A DNA stretch of 64,000 nt from Ascoidea asiatica JCM 7603 (Eukaryota > Fungi > Ascomycota): assembly GCA_001600695.1 (NCBI GenBank), contig BCKQ01000009.1, positions 484,772 through 548,771 on the forward strand, in the 5' to 3' direction. Below, in pieces: positions 45,595-57,413 of the stretch. The translations under genes were made by a program, and so were the position numbers. Each line of letters opens with the position of its first letter. Position 1 is the stretch's first letter. The notes beneath the pieces were generated by a model that did no database searches, was not told the DNA's origin, and was given only the letters and a program-made list of their open reading frames with translations.

Positions 45595-46689
45595 TCTTGA
45601 AAGAAGATATATAAAATTGAAGGGTTAAAAAAGTTTAAGCTTGAAAAAAAAAGCACAGATGAAAAGTAAACGAAACTAGCCTAAGACTTAAGATGTTTTT
45701 TTTTCTCTTTTTGAATTTGGTAAATAATTGGAATATTCTAATAGAATAAACTTTGAAAGAATAAAGAAAAAATATTAAAATTGGTTGAATAAAACAGATA
45801 TAAATAAGAAAAAAAGAAAAATTGGAGATGAATTTTTCTCTTCTTAATCTGATTGCTGAAATGAGAAATAATGATGATTGAAAAGAGCTTTGAAGATGAT
45901 TTGAAAAGAAAACTAAAAACAATATATATAAGGTCTACTAAATATTAACAGTAAGAATATATTTTAAAAAAAGAAGAGAAAGTCATCAAAGCAGAATTGA
46001 AAGTTTTGGAGAGTGAAAATAAATTTAGGAAGGGCAGAAACAGGCTCTGTTTTGTAAGTTTCTGGGAGTGGTAGTATAAATAAAATAAAATAGATTTTGA
46101 TCAGAAATTGTCAGTATCGCCAATAGCTTACCGGACACAAGCGGTCCGGCCAGCGGAGGGTACCCATTGTGCGGATTTGCTGAAATAATTTGGAGCCACG
46201 GAAAGGAAGAAGTTTTAAGGCAAACGCGCAATATTCCACCACAACAAAAACGGTCAGGGCACGGCGCATCACGTGATCTTCTTTTTTGGTCTGTTTCTGG
46301 CCTATTTGTGTTATCGCATTGTAGCGTTATCATGTTTATCGTGTTTTTTATCGTGTTATCAGAACCACACTTGGATATTTCAGCATTTGTTTATTGTTTT
46401 TGAACGTGGCACAGAGTTCAGGTCACGTTATTTTACAGTTTTATTTATATCAGGTGCTTAATTGAAGCCATAAATAGGGATACTGTTTTATCCGATTTTC
46501 AATTTTCTTTAGCCGATTAGCCGTTCGTTGTTTTCCTGATTTTATTTAGCGTTAATACTTAAGTAATTGAGTAATTTGCAAAAAAAATTTAAATTAAAAG
46601 TAAATCAATATTAAAATATAATCACAACCCCTAACAAGATGATTCATCTATAAATCCTTTTATTCCCATTTCCACTGCTCATTAAAATC

Positions 46690-48342
46690 TCATTTAGACT
46701 CACAATTGTCTTTAGTATAATTATTTTCATTAACATCATTAATATTATTATTAATATTAATATAACTATTTGTATTTGCACTTATATTTGTATTTGTATT
46801 AGAAATACTAATAGTTGTATTATGTTTTTTTAATTTACTACTTCCTTTCCTTACCCCACGACGAGTTCCCTTTTTTTTATTAATTTTATTTCTATAAGCA
46901 ACTGCTTGTTTATTATTTATTATTTCATCAATATCAAGATTTAATTTAGCTGCTTCTTCAAGATAACAAAGTCCATTAGAATCATAATTATTTATTTCAT
47001 TACTTTGTATCCCACTATTTATCGAACTTTTATTGTTATTATTGCTTGTTGAAAAAGATTCATCAGTTATTGTAGTCATTGAGGATTTTGACTGTGGTAT
47101 TCTAATTTGACATTCATTTTTAATATTCGAGTTTTCTTCTAAGAAATCTGACTTTTGTCTCTTATCTTGATCTTTATCATCTTTATCATCTTTGTTATCT
47201 TTATGATTTTCAGTATCTTCCTCTTCACTTTCGTAATGTTGTTTATATGGATTGGAGATTGTAGTTTCACATAACTTATCAAAATTTTCTATTTTATTGG
47301 AATTTGCTATATTTTTTAGATGTTTGAATTTAAATTCATTATTATTTTCATTTTTAATTATTTTCTTATTATCACTGCTAATTTGATTAGTACCATTATT
47401 AGAAGCTTTAGATATAGTCATAGAAGCGAATGATTTTATTTTTTTATTACTTTCATTTTTATGATTATTTTTATTATTATAATTATATAGTTTTTGTACG
47501 GATGAGATATCATTATTATTACTGTGATTTATTAAAAAATTTGGTCTATTTAAATTTTTTGAAGGATCTAAGTTTTTATGATTCAAATCATTCAAAGCAT
47601 TTTTACCTTGAAAGTCTTGTAAATTTATTGGCAATATTAAACCACAGTTTAAGGCAGCATTATCATGAGAAGTATATTCAATTTGATGAGTTATCCTACA
47701 ATGATTGATAAAACCTTGTGGAGAATTAAAATCTTTTCTTTTGCATATTGAGCATTGTAGTATACATAATATACCATCTGATCTTCTACAATAACACTTT
47801 GCACCTGTATAAATATTATCTATTTCTTTTTTATTTGGTAGTAATGAATCATTTGAATTATTTGAGTTATTTATATTATCTATTTCATTAAAGTTATTGG
47901 AAAAAACTGGTCTTAACGATGAAGTTTGGGATCTTGTTTTAATATAACCATCATCATTTATATCTTTCCCTGACGTATAAGAGATATAAGATGGAGAATA
48001 TGAACCATTATTTGAATTTGATATTGAATTTTGATTAGAATTCAACTTATAATTAGAATCTGGTTCGATTAATGTTTTTAATAATCTTGTATATTTTTTA
48101 GAATATTCTGAAGGCTCTATAGATAATTTACTTTCGTCATCATTACTATTGGGACTATGAGGACTGTCTGTTTGTTCATATAAGTGATTCATAAGTGTTA
48201 GTTGGGCTTCTACTTTACCAATTTCATTCTCTACCAAATTAACTTCTCTATGCTTCAAATAAATTTCAAAATCCACTTGTTCATTTATTATCTGTCTTTG
48301 CTTCTTTAATTGTTTCTCTGTTAATGAACTTGTTCTTCCCAT
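46690..48342 (-). CDS. AHC1: ADA histone acetyltransferase complex subunit Ahc1
   Basis: EIYLKHREV..IGKVEAQL and RRSDG..CSIC..FNSPQGFINHCRITH...HDNAALNCG. Confidence 0.85.
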   Translation of the reverse strand: MGRTSSLTEKQLKKQRQIINEQVDFEIYLKHREVNLVENEIGKVEAQLTLMNHLYEQTDSPHSPNSNDDESKLSIEPSEYSKKYTRLLKTLIEPDSNYKLNSNQNSISNSNNGSYSPSYISYTSGKDINDDGYIKTRSQTSSLRPVFSNNFNEIDNINNSNNSNDSLLPNKKEIDNIYTGAKCYCRRSDGILCILQCSICKRKDFNSPQGFINHCRITHQIEYTSHDNAALNCGLILPINLQDFQGKNALNDLNHKNLDPSKNLNRPNFLINHSNNNDISSVQKLYNYNNKNNHKNESNKKIKSFASMTISKASNNGTNQISSDNKKIIKNENNNEFKFKHLKNIANSNKIENFDKLCETTISNPYKQHYESEEEDTENHKDNKDDKDDKDQDKRQKSDFLEENSNIKNECQIRIPQSKSSMTTITDESFSTSNNNNKSSINSGIQSNEINNYDSNGLCYLEEAAKLNLDIDEIINNKQAVAYRNKINKKKGTRRGVRKGSSKLKKHNTTISISNTNTNISANTNSYININNNINDVNENNYTKDNCESK

Positions 48343-48753
48343 GCTTGATTTTATATCCTATTATTAGTTGTAAATTTTGCATAAACTACATATAATATAC
48401 AAGTTTTTAACTATTATTTTTCTTCTTTTCTGTTACAAGAATTCAAGAAATGGCTAAATTCAAGAAATACAACAAAAAGTAAAAGAAAAGAAAGCCAAAA
48501 GCGCCAGACCACTCTCCTTATTAACCTTGCTAAGTTATTCCCCCGGGGGTTAATGAGGAACAAGGAAGGCGATCCACAGAAACTGGATTATGTAAGTACT
48601 TACTGTGATTTTTTTGCTCATGACCAGATCAGTTGCACAGGAAGCAGAAAGCACTGCAATTAGGAACTATTTAATCTAAAGTTAATTTTTTAATGAAACT
48701 GCTTGCTTTAAGTTTATTAAATGTTACTATATAAAACCAGAAAACATTAAGAA

Positions 48754-49500
48754 CTATGACATATTTCCATATCTAATAGTCTCTCTTTCTATAACATCAT
48801 CATCAAATTTTATTAAAAAAACCGTTCTTAATGGGTATCCTTCCTTTGGTACAGTATGAGCAGTAACACTAGCTTGAAAATAAGCTGCATCTAATATTCC
48901 TTCAACTATACCTGCAATAAATGCAGAACAGTTTAACTTCCTTAATTCTTTAGGAACCGAAACAAATTGACTTATTATTGGATCATTATCAATAATCATA
49001 AATTCATTAATTATATCTTTTGATTTTTCTAATTCATCTGCATTTTTACCAAATAAATTCTTCCAAATAATACCATGTAAAAATTGTAAAATTTCAATGA
49101 TTTTTAATTCCCTTTTTAAATTTTTTTTCAAATTTGAAATATTTTCTCTATACGTTGTTAATTCTAAAATTTTACTACCGATTGAATAACCTAAAATATT
49201 TAATTTATTTTCTAATTGTTGAATACCTTTTGATGTGGAATGACTATACGAAACAATCTCACAAAATAAAAATGCTAATGATGATATATTTATTCCATTA
49301 TTTTTATTTCTATTTAAATTTTTTTCATAAATTGAATTTCTTCTAAGATTTAATGGTATTGGCATTGGATTATTACTGGAATTACCATTTTTTGGTGGAA
49401 CTAAAATTTGTGGTCCTATTGCTGGATTATATGTTCCAATTGTTTGTGAAAGTACCTTAGTTTGAGATGGTAGTATTATATCATTCATATTTAATACCAT
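48754..49500 (-). CDS. TRS31: TRAPP complex subunit Trs31
   Basis: SIYEKNLNR, SSLAFLFCEIV, LNCSAFIAGIVEG, VTAH, RTVFLIKF. Confidence 0.95.
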   Translation of the reverse strand: MVLNMNDIILPSQTKVLSQTIGTYNPAIGPQILVPPKNGNSSNNPMPIPLNLRRNSIYEKNLNRNKNNGINISSLAFLFCEIVSYSHSTSKGIQQLENKLNILGYSIGSKILELTTYRENISNLKKNLKRELKIIEILQFLHGIIWKNLFGKNADELEKSKDIINEFMIIDNDPIISQFVSVPKELRKLNCSAFIAGIVEGILDAAYFQASVTAHTVPKEGYPLRTVFLIKFDDDVIERETIRYGNMS

Positions 49501-49895
49501 ATTTATAATTTAATTCTATACAATTTTTTAATAATATTATTAAACTCAATAATTTAATCTCTGATTCAATATTCTTATCTTAATATCCTGCTTTAATTTT
49601 TATAATTATTCTAGTATTGACCTTTACCACTTTTGATAAATAAGTCAAATAAATCATAAGAATTTCTTAAATTCTAGCTGTTAAAATCTAAAAATGAAAT
49701 CACTATGGATTACGTAATACAAATTTATCATATAAATTTTAAAAGAAAAAAATCTACAGTACTAAAATCAAACACTAATAATTAAAACTATTATCTTTTA
49801 GATAAAATGAAGTTATAAAGCAAACACAAAAAAACTAAAAAAACATTCCTAAAACACTCTCAAGAATAAGAGTATTCCCAAGAATAATTTAAAAA

Positions 49896-50627
49896 ATGGC
49901 TATAACTATAAGAAAGGCGCGTATTGAAGATTTACAGGCAATGCAAAATGCAAATTTGCATAATTTACCAGAAAATTATCAATATAAATATTATCTTTAT
50001 CATTTATTATCATGGCCACATGCTTCATTTGTTGCAACTACAACTTCAGATTTAATTGATGAAGAATTTGAAGATTATCAAATAAATGAATTAGCTTTAT
50101 CAATTGATGAAATTAAATATAATAATTTAAAATTAGATCAAAATAAAAACGATCCATCATATTCAAATTCAAAAGAAAAATTAGTTGGATATGTTTTAGC
50201 AAAAATGGAAGATGATCCTGAAGCTACAGATAAAACTCCTCATGGTCATATAACAAGTCTTAGTGTAATGCGTACATATAGAAGAATGGGTATTGCAGAA
50301 AAATTAATGAGACAATCAATGTATTCTCTTTGTGAAGCATATGATGCAGAATATGTTGGTTTACATGTTAGAAAATCAAATAGAGCTGCTTTACATCTTT
50401 ATAGAGATACTTTAAAGTTTGAAGTATTATCAATTGAAAAAAGTTATTATGCTGATAAAGAAGATGCTTATTCTATGAAAAAAAAATTATTTTTAAACTC
50501 TGATTCAATGTCACCAAAATTTGAAAAATCCAAACTTGAAGATGATTTAACTTCAGATCTATTAGATGGTCAAGAATGGGCTATAGAAGAGTCTCAGAGT
50601 AAGATTCCTGAAAAAGTCTCAAGCTAA
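49896..50627 (+). CDS. ARD1: NatA catalytic subunit (Naa10)
   Basis: [54 protein letters not shown]. Confidence 0.97.
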   Translation: MAITIRKARIEDLQAMQNANLHNLPENYQYKYYLYHLLSWPHASFVATTTSDLIDEEFEDYQINELALSIDEIKYNNLKLDQNKNDPSYSNSKEKLVGYVLAKMEDDPEATDKTPHGHITSLSVMRTYRRMGIAEKLMRQSMYSLCEAYDAEYVGLHVRKSNRAALHLYRDTLKFEVLSIEKSYYADKEDAYSMKKKLFLNSDSMSPKFEKSKLEDDLTSDLLDGQEWAIEESQSKIPEKVSS

Positions 50628-51705
50628 AATATAGATAAATAAAATTTTAAATAGAATTACAAATAAATTTCAATGATAAATAAAATGGAACTTAAACAGT
50701 TAATCGAGGTTCAAGTGAATGAAATTAATAATCAAGCGATCATCAATAAAGCATGTTTATCTTACAAAAACAAATTCTTTGAAATGAAGTTTTATAGAAA
50801 ACAGGTTAGTGGTTTGTTTTGTTATAATCACTTAGAAAACAAAAAAAAAACAAAAAAAACACATAAACGAATTATAGAAACTAAAATTATTTTAAAAATG
50901 CTACAAGCTAAAAGCTAGAATTAAGGAAAAGTTATTATTTATTACTAAAAAAGATATTTACAAAAATAAAGCTGATAAATTAGTTAGTATTAAAAATTTC
51001 ATTTATGAAAGTAATTATTATAAAATAAATTTTAGATTTAAATTCAGAAAAAAATTAATGGTAGCTAGGGTTTTTCCACATTGACAGAAAGTCTCGAGCC
51101 AAATGCCTTCGTATTCATCATATATTTAAATTTTTGATAACTTTATTTATTTTTAAATTGTAACATACTCTTTGATAGTTCTAATAACTGATAACCATTT
51201 TATGAATGAAAGAATTATTGAAACAATGATAATTGATAATTAAAAAAAAAATAAATCAGATAATGTAAAAAAGAGACAAAAAAAGTTTCTTATAAATCAT
51301 TGTAAAAGTTACCCTTCCTCCGAAGATTTAGTAGTTTAATGTATGTAAGAAAAACTAGGCCTTCAGAAAGCACGCAAAACGTTAGCTCACTTGAATTTTA
51401 TTCAAGGGCACTGTGTTTCTTAAACTTTTTCTAGGGCTGAAGGAAACTATTATCGACTTTCCAGGCACAACGTTGATAGTTTTTAAATATGAATTAGTAT
51501 TGGATCTTAATAATTCCAGTCTGAAAATCTTGTTTATTATTATATATTTTACAAATGCAATTCATATCAATAGCAATTGTAACGAATTGAGTTCTTTAGT
51601 TTAAACTAGTTTTTTTAAACTATTGAATCATTTACAATAGCGTCTAAGGAAATTAAGAATTAATTAAATAGACCAGGTTATATATTATTAGTTTAATTAA
51701 TGAAC

Positions 51706-52818
51706 TTATTCCTTACGATAGGTTACTTTATCTACTTTAACTTCACCATCGATATAAGTATATATATATAAGGTACAAACAGAACCTTGAACATCTAGTA
51801 AACAAAAACTAGGAATTTGTTCAATTATTTCATCTTCCTCACTGTCATAATCACCATCGTCATCATCATCGTCATCATTATCATCGTTATTACCATTAAT
51901 TTCTTTATCAGATATATTTTGTTTAACTTCAATGTCAGTTTTTGAAGTATTGATATTACTATTAAGATTTGATTTATCATCTTTTGAATCTATTTTATCT
52001 TTAGAATTAATATCTGGTAAAAGATTTTCTTCTGTAAGTTTTTCATTATTATTTGTAGTATCTGAAATAGTTTCAATTGACTTTGATTTCACTTTTGAAT
52101 TATCATTATTTTCTTCATTTTTATTTATTGGGTTTATTTTCTTATTTGTATCAATATTACTATTATCATTATTTTTATCAATTTTTGAATTTTCTAAACT
52201 TTCTTGACTACTTTTTTCACTATTTTTATTATTTTCCATAATATCTTTTTCAGATTGTTGAGTATGTTGATCACCATTTTGGTAATCTTCTTCTTCTTCT
52301 TCCTCGTCGTCGTCATCATCTTCAATTTGTTTGGTTAAAAATGCACCAGTTGCACTACCTGGATTAACAAAAAATTTTCCATCTAAAGTATAAGCTTCGA
52401 CTCTATGAGTTCCACCCCATAATAATATATCACAATCCATTTGTCTTGCTTGTATTAATAGAGATAGAGGATCATTTTGAGGAATAATATTAAAACCATT
52501 TAATACACCTATTTTTAATTGATCATGCTGTACAATTAAAGATAAAGGTAAATTATTTAAATTGGAATTAGAATTAGCATTGGATATTGAGCTTGAATTA
52601 CCTATAGTATTTATATTATTAATATCAAATTCACCTTTAACTATTCTAAAATCATTTGAAATTTCTTTTAAGAATTCTAAAGTTGAAATTGAAGAAGTTG
52701 AATTACCTAGACATAAAACTTGTTGAATTCTACCTGGAGATAATAATTTTTTAAATTTTAGCGGTAAATCAATTGATCTTTCAGGAATATGAAGATCTCC
52801 TATTGCTAATATTAACAT
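51706..52818 (-). CDS. VPS29: Retromer subunit Vps29 with a long acidic insertion
   Basis: MLILAIGDLHIP, ARQMDCDILLWGGTH, FFVNPGSATGA, PSFCLLDVQG, GEVKVDKV. Confidence 0.96.
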   Translation of the reverse strand: MLILAIGDLHIPERSIDLPLKFKKLLSPGRIQQVLCLGNSTSSISTLEFLKEISNDFRIVKGEFDINNINTIGNSSSISNANSNSNLNNLPLSLIVQHDQLKIGVLNGFNIIPQNDPLSLLIQARQMDCDILLWGGTHRVEAYTLDGKFFVNPGSATGAFLTKQIEDDDDDEEEEEEDYQNGDQHTQQSEKDIMENNKNSEKSSQESLENSKIDKNNDNSNIDTNKKINPINKNEENNDNSKVKSKSIETISDTTNNNEKLTEENLLPDINSKDKIDSKDDKSNLNSNINTSKTDIEVKQNISDKEINGNNDDNDDDDDDDGDYDSEEDEIIEQIPSFCLLDVQGSVCTLYIYTYIDGEVKVDKVTYRKE

Positions 52819-53522
52819 TTTTTTGAAAATATTATAATTATATAAATTGAAAAAGAACGAAAAAAAGCAGTGAGAAGTAGTTGAAAATTATTTGGAAAGT
52901 GAATTAAATGGACTTTAACCTAAAAATGATCAATAAAACATAGAATTAAAGTCTAAGTCAAAAAACAAACACACTTAATTTATTATGATATTTTGTTCAC
53001 TTTGTTGATATTTGACATTTGATTTCAATTTTAATATTAATATCAGTAGCTTCACCGGTACGTAGGCTTGAATAACGTTGAGGTGAGGATATTTGTTCCG
53101 GATTATTACTAAAATGGAATCAATATTTAACATCCGTATAGCGGATATCAGGAATTATTTTATTTATAAACAGATCCATATTTCTGGCTTTTAATTTCTA
53201 TGAAAGTTTACTCTTTTTCTAGCCATCCATAAATACATGGCATATTAGTAATATAATACTACCTAAGGTTACAAATTTGAAAAGTGAGTGACTTTATTTG
53301 ATTTAATTTATTAACATTTGTTAATAGTTTCTCTTCAAAAAAATCAGGAGGTTTTTACTACAATTAACAATTCGAAGATTTGTTTGATTTTAATTATAAA
53401 TTGAATTATTATTATATATGAGAAGTTTTTACTTCTACATTAGATGAAAGATTATTAACGCTATAGATAAAATTGAAAAAATTGAGATAAAATTAAGATA
53501 AAATTGAATAATTGAAAAGGAA

Positions 53523-54005
53523 TTATTTGAGTAATTTTTCAATTGGTTCTTCTAAAGTAGAAGGTTTGGTTAAAGAGCTATATCTTTCAAATACTTTACC
53601 ATCTTTTCCAATTAAGAATTTTTCAAAATTCCATTTAATACCTTTAAAACCTAAAAGACCACTTTTTTGTTCTTTTAAGAATTTATAAACAGCATCAGCA
53701 TCATTACCATTAACATCAACTTTTTTCATAATTGGGAAAGTTACACCATAATTTAAAGAACAGAAACTGACAATTTCCTCTTGAGTACCAGGTTCTTGAT
53801 GACCAAATTGATTACATGGGAAACCAATAATTTCTAAACCTTTATCATGATATTTTTTATATAATTCTTCTAAACCTTGATATTGAGGAGTAAAACCACA
53901 TTTTGAAGCGACATTAACAATTAAAACAACTTTTCCTTTTAAATCAGAGAATGGAAATGGTTTACCAGTTTTATCTAATGGAGCTAAGTCATAAAAAGTA
54001 GACAT
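53523..54005 (-). CDS. HYR1: Cys-type glutathione/thioredoxin peroxidase (Hyr1/Gpx3-Gpx2 type)
   Basis: IVNVASKCGFTPQY, GFPCNQFGHQEPG, FCSLNYGVTFP, KWNFEKFL. Confidence 0.9.
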   Translation of the reverse strand: MSTFYDLAPLDKTGKPFPFSDLKGKVVLIVNVASKCGFTPQYQGLEELYKKYHDKGLEIIGFPCNQFGHQEPGTQEEIVSFCSLNYGVTFPIMKKVDVNGNDADAVYKFLKEQKSGLLGFKGIKWNFEKFLIGKDGKVFERYSSLTKPSTLEEPIEKLLK

Positions 54006-54269
54006 TTTTAGTTATTTTTGATTAATTTGTTAAAATTTGAATTGAATTAGTTAAGAGTAAAATTGAATTTTTACTTTGATATTAGTTATTAAATATTAAT
54101 TATTAGTTATTAGTTATTATTTGAAATAAGAAATAAAAATAAATATGAAAATAATAAAATCTTGGAAATATAATGAAGTTTATATAGATTTAACAATTAA
54201 TTAAAGGGTTGATAATGTAAAAGAGCTCCTCGAAAGTTTTTGGATTAATGATAGCATCCAGAGAATATT

Positions 54270-54608
54270 TTACTAACGTCCCGTACCCGTACTGAATAAA
54301 GAAAGTGGGATGGAAACTCGGAAAAGAAATTTTCCTTTATTTTTGTTAGTTCTTACGGTAATAAGAACTCTAGAAATTGAATAAATTTGTCAGCGAGCTC
54401 GATCTTCAATAAATTTATAATCAAGTAGCATTGATAGAACTATTTTAAAATGAGAGATGATCAATTTAACTCTTCTCAATTCTTCTGAAGTCTTCTTAAC
54501 CGTTTTCAAAAGTTTTTTACTCTTTCAATTCGAATCTACCGTAGTCAAATCAAGGCATTGCAAATGAATTAAATCTTTAGTTCAAAACCTGTTGTAGCAT
54601 ATTACTAA
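54270..54608. promoter_or_regulatory. Two Yap1-type response elements upstream of the peroxidase
   Basis: TTACTAA at 54270-54276 and 54602-54608; an AT-rich motif, so chance occurrence is possible. Confidence 0.4.
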
Positions 54609-55177
54609 AATCACTATTTGACTATTTTATTTGTTGCCAAACTGGTGGTTGAACGTTGTGACGTTGTTCAGGATTAAGCACTTATCTCTCTAAATATTGT
54701 GATGTTTTAAAACTATTCGGAAAAAACAAAACCCAGAATTGTGGTACTTATGCGACGATTACAAAGTCTGCATTGGAGTGAATAAAAAATAAAAAGGCAG
54801 GCAACTTTAAACCCGCCACTGTCATGCCTTTTTCACGTGCTCAATGGAATAAAAAATCTAATTTTTTTATTTTTTGAATCCGTTTTTATGGTATCTATTT
54901 TTAAATTACCCTGATAAACCCTTTTTAAAATACTTTAAATGAAGAGTGGAAAATAATCAAAATTCAAGCATTATCCTTGTCGAGAATAAAAACTTGATTA
55001 AACTTAAATTTTCGATTTACTCTTAAATCGATATTCTCTATTAAAAGAATAAAAAATTAAAACATTGAAGTTATAGGTGATTAATTAATCAATTAATTTT
55101 TGTTGCCATAGCAGACGTACTTTAAATAGCTGAACAAAGGAACAATTTTCTCAGGTTTTCTAAACAATTTATTAGAA

Positions 55178-55660
55178 ATGAACAAAATCTCCAGGATTAA
55201 TTTACAGAAGATGACAGAGCAGATGGTTGCTGATGGACTTACGCTTCTCAAGAAAGACAACTTGCGAATCAACAAAAGCATCAAAAACACTAAGTTTAAG
55301 ATGAGCGAGTGGCAGTTGTATAGGTTCAACAATTGTGACTCCCTTCAGAAGAATTACAAACTCAGTGACTTTGAATCCACCTGGGCTTTTCTCCAGAAAG
55401 TAGCAATGCGTAGTCATCTCACTGGCCACCATCCCACCATCATCAACACCTACACCAGAATCCAGATTATTTTGCAGACCCATGATGTGAAAGGCCTAAG
55501 TTCCATCGATTTTGAGTTGGCTCGAAGATTCGACTCTTACTATGCTACGTTGGTTCCAGCTCCTCCTACGATCTCATCTAGCCAAGCAGATACATCTTCT
55601 AAGTCTGTGAATCCCGATGCTGCGTCTGATGCCAATGCTACTAAAAAGGACACTCAGTAA
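55178..55660 (+). CDS. Pterin-4-alpha-carbinolamine dehydratase (YHL018W/MCO14-like)
   Basis: L.K.Y...DF..TW.FL..VA..SH...HHPTI...Y..I.I.L.THDV.GLS..D..LA..FD motif. Confidence 0.88.
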   Translation: MNKISRINLQKMTEQMVADGLTLLKKDNLRINKSIKNTKFKMSEWQLYRFNNCDSLQKNYKLSDFESTWAFLQKVAMRSHLTGHHPTIINTYTRIQIILQTHDVKGLSSIDFELARRFDSYYATLVPAPPTISSSQADTSSKSVNPDAASDANATKKDTQ

Positions 55661-55999
55661 TTATAACCTTTTTCAATCAAAAGTTTCACATGCTTATTTT
55701 CCCTTATAAGCTTATCTCATCTGAGCCTTGTTGCCAGTTTCCAAGGTCTCCATTGTTCTAAATCTATTTTTTGATGCATCAATTTTCAATTCTTCGTTCC
55801 TTTTTCTCTTTTATTTGTTTATTTTGCATTCTCAAAATTTGTATATATTCTCTTTTATTGGCGCTTAATTTTAAATTTTTTCATTATTCTTTTTAATTTT
55901 TTTTTTACTTAATATATTGCAGTCATCCATATACTTATTACTTAAATCAATTATCAATTCAATAATCAAGCTAAAATATTTCTTTTAAACTCTTTTATA

Positions 56000-56932
56000 A
56001 TGTTTACTGCTCTTAAATCAACTCAGACTTTTCGAACTTTTGAAGTGGCAACAAAAACTCTTTTAATTCAGGTTGCCAAAACTGGCCCAATGCCACAACA
56101 TGTCGCTTTTATAATGGATGGTAATAGAAGATATGCAAGAGAAAATAAAATGGAATTAAAAGATGGTCATAATGCCGGTGCTACAAGTCTTGCTGATATT
56201 ATTGAAACTTGTTTTAGTTTAGGTGTTCATACTGTAACTGTATATGCTTTTTCAATTGAAAATTTCAATAGACCCGAAAGTGAAGTTAAAGTTTTATTTT
56301 CAATGTTAAGAGAAAAATTATCTTTTGTTTCTGGTGATAATCAAATTATACCAAAATCTCAAACAAAAATTCAAATTATTGGTAATAGATCTTTAATTCC
56401 AGATGATATTTTAAAAGAATTTGTTGCAATTGAAGAAAAAACTAAAAATTTTACTAATCATTTATTTAACATTTGTTTTCCATATACTTCAAGAGATGAT
56501 ATAACTAGTTCAATTATAAAAACAATTTCAAATTTAAATCCAGAAGATCCAATTGATGATCAAATTAATACAGATATTTTAACTGATAATATGTATATGG
56601 GTCCAGATTCAAAAAAATTAGATATTTTAGTTAGAACAAGTGGTATGACAAGATTAAGTGATTTTATGTTATGGCAATTAGAAAATAATTCAAATATTGA
56701 ATTTGTAAATGTTTTATGGCCACAATTTAAATTTTGGGAAATGTATAAAATTTTATTCAAATGGAGTTATTATAAAACTATTAATTCGAATAATTCAAGA
56801 TCTATTAATTTCATAAAATCAATTTCTTCAACTTTAATTTCAAATTTAAATTATAATTTACCTGAAAAAAATGTTTATGATTTAAATTCTTTACCAAAAC
56901 CACCTCCTTTTGCTTCTGTTACTGGAAAATAA
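56000..56932 (+). CDS. SRT1: cis-Prenyltransferase (dehydrodolichyl diphosphate synthase), Srt1 type
   Basis: PQHVAFIMDGNRRYA, YAFSIENFNRP, LVRTSG..RLSDFMLWQ; C-terminal LPKPPPFASVTG typical of Srt1. Confidence 0.85.
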   Translation: MFTALKSTQTFRTFEVATKTLLIQVAKTGPMPQHVAFIMDGNRRYARENKMELKDGHNAGATSLADIIETCFSLGVHTVTVYAFSIENFNRPESEVKVLFSMLREKLSFVSGDNQIIPKSQTKIQIIGNRSLIPDDILKEFVAIEEKTKNFTNHLFNICFPYTSRDDITSSIIKTISNLNPEDPIDDQINTDILTDNMYMGPDSKKLDILVRTSGMTRLSDFMLWQLENNSNIEFVNVLWPQFKFWEMYKILFKWSYYKTINSNNSRSINFIKSISSTLISNLNYNLPEKNVYDLNSLPKPPPFASVTGK

Positions 56933-56944
56933 AATTATATGCAA

Positions 56945-56950
<6 letters not shown>

Positions 56951-56983
<33 letters not shown>
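56951..56983. repeat. (TA)n microsatellite
   Basis: Directly visible. Confidence 0.95.
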
Positions 56984-56986
<3 letters not shown>

Positions 56987-57152
56987 CTCTTTTTCTTTTC
57001 CTATATTTGCTTCAATATTCTTCTCAATCTTTTACTCTTACAACTCAAGCAAAGCTTTTTAATAAACTTTAAATGACTAGATTAACAAAATTTCTCCATT
57101 GTAGTTTATTGTTAGCGTATCGGCATAAATAGTTAAGCACGGGTCACAACTT

Positions 57153-57214
57153 ACGCGTAAGTAGACAAATAAAACGAATTAATAAATTTAATTTTAAATA
57201 ATAAAAAACCGCGT
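57153..57214. promoter_or_regulatory. MCB (MBF) cell-cycle boxes upstream of POL32
   Basis: ACGCGT 57153-57158 and CGCGT 57210-57214 in CpG-poor DNA. Confidence 0.7.
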
Positions 57215-57413
57215 CGCAATTTTATTTTCATGATAATTGAATCAACATATTTAACAAACAATAATTGAAAATAATATACATTTTACAAACATCCAGATGT
57301 CATCTAATTCAAATATCTACCTTGTCATCTGCCTTCTCATTTAATTTTCCAAGTCATTTTTTTTCAAATTGTAATCAAACTATATCAATATAATTATAAA
57401 ATAATTATATATA

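Noticed and set aside
53890-53910. Possible selenocysteine in the GPx active site
   Set aside because: The codon is TGT (Cys), not TGA.
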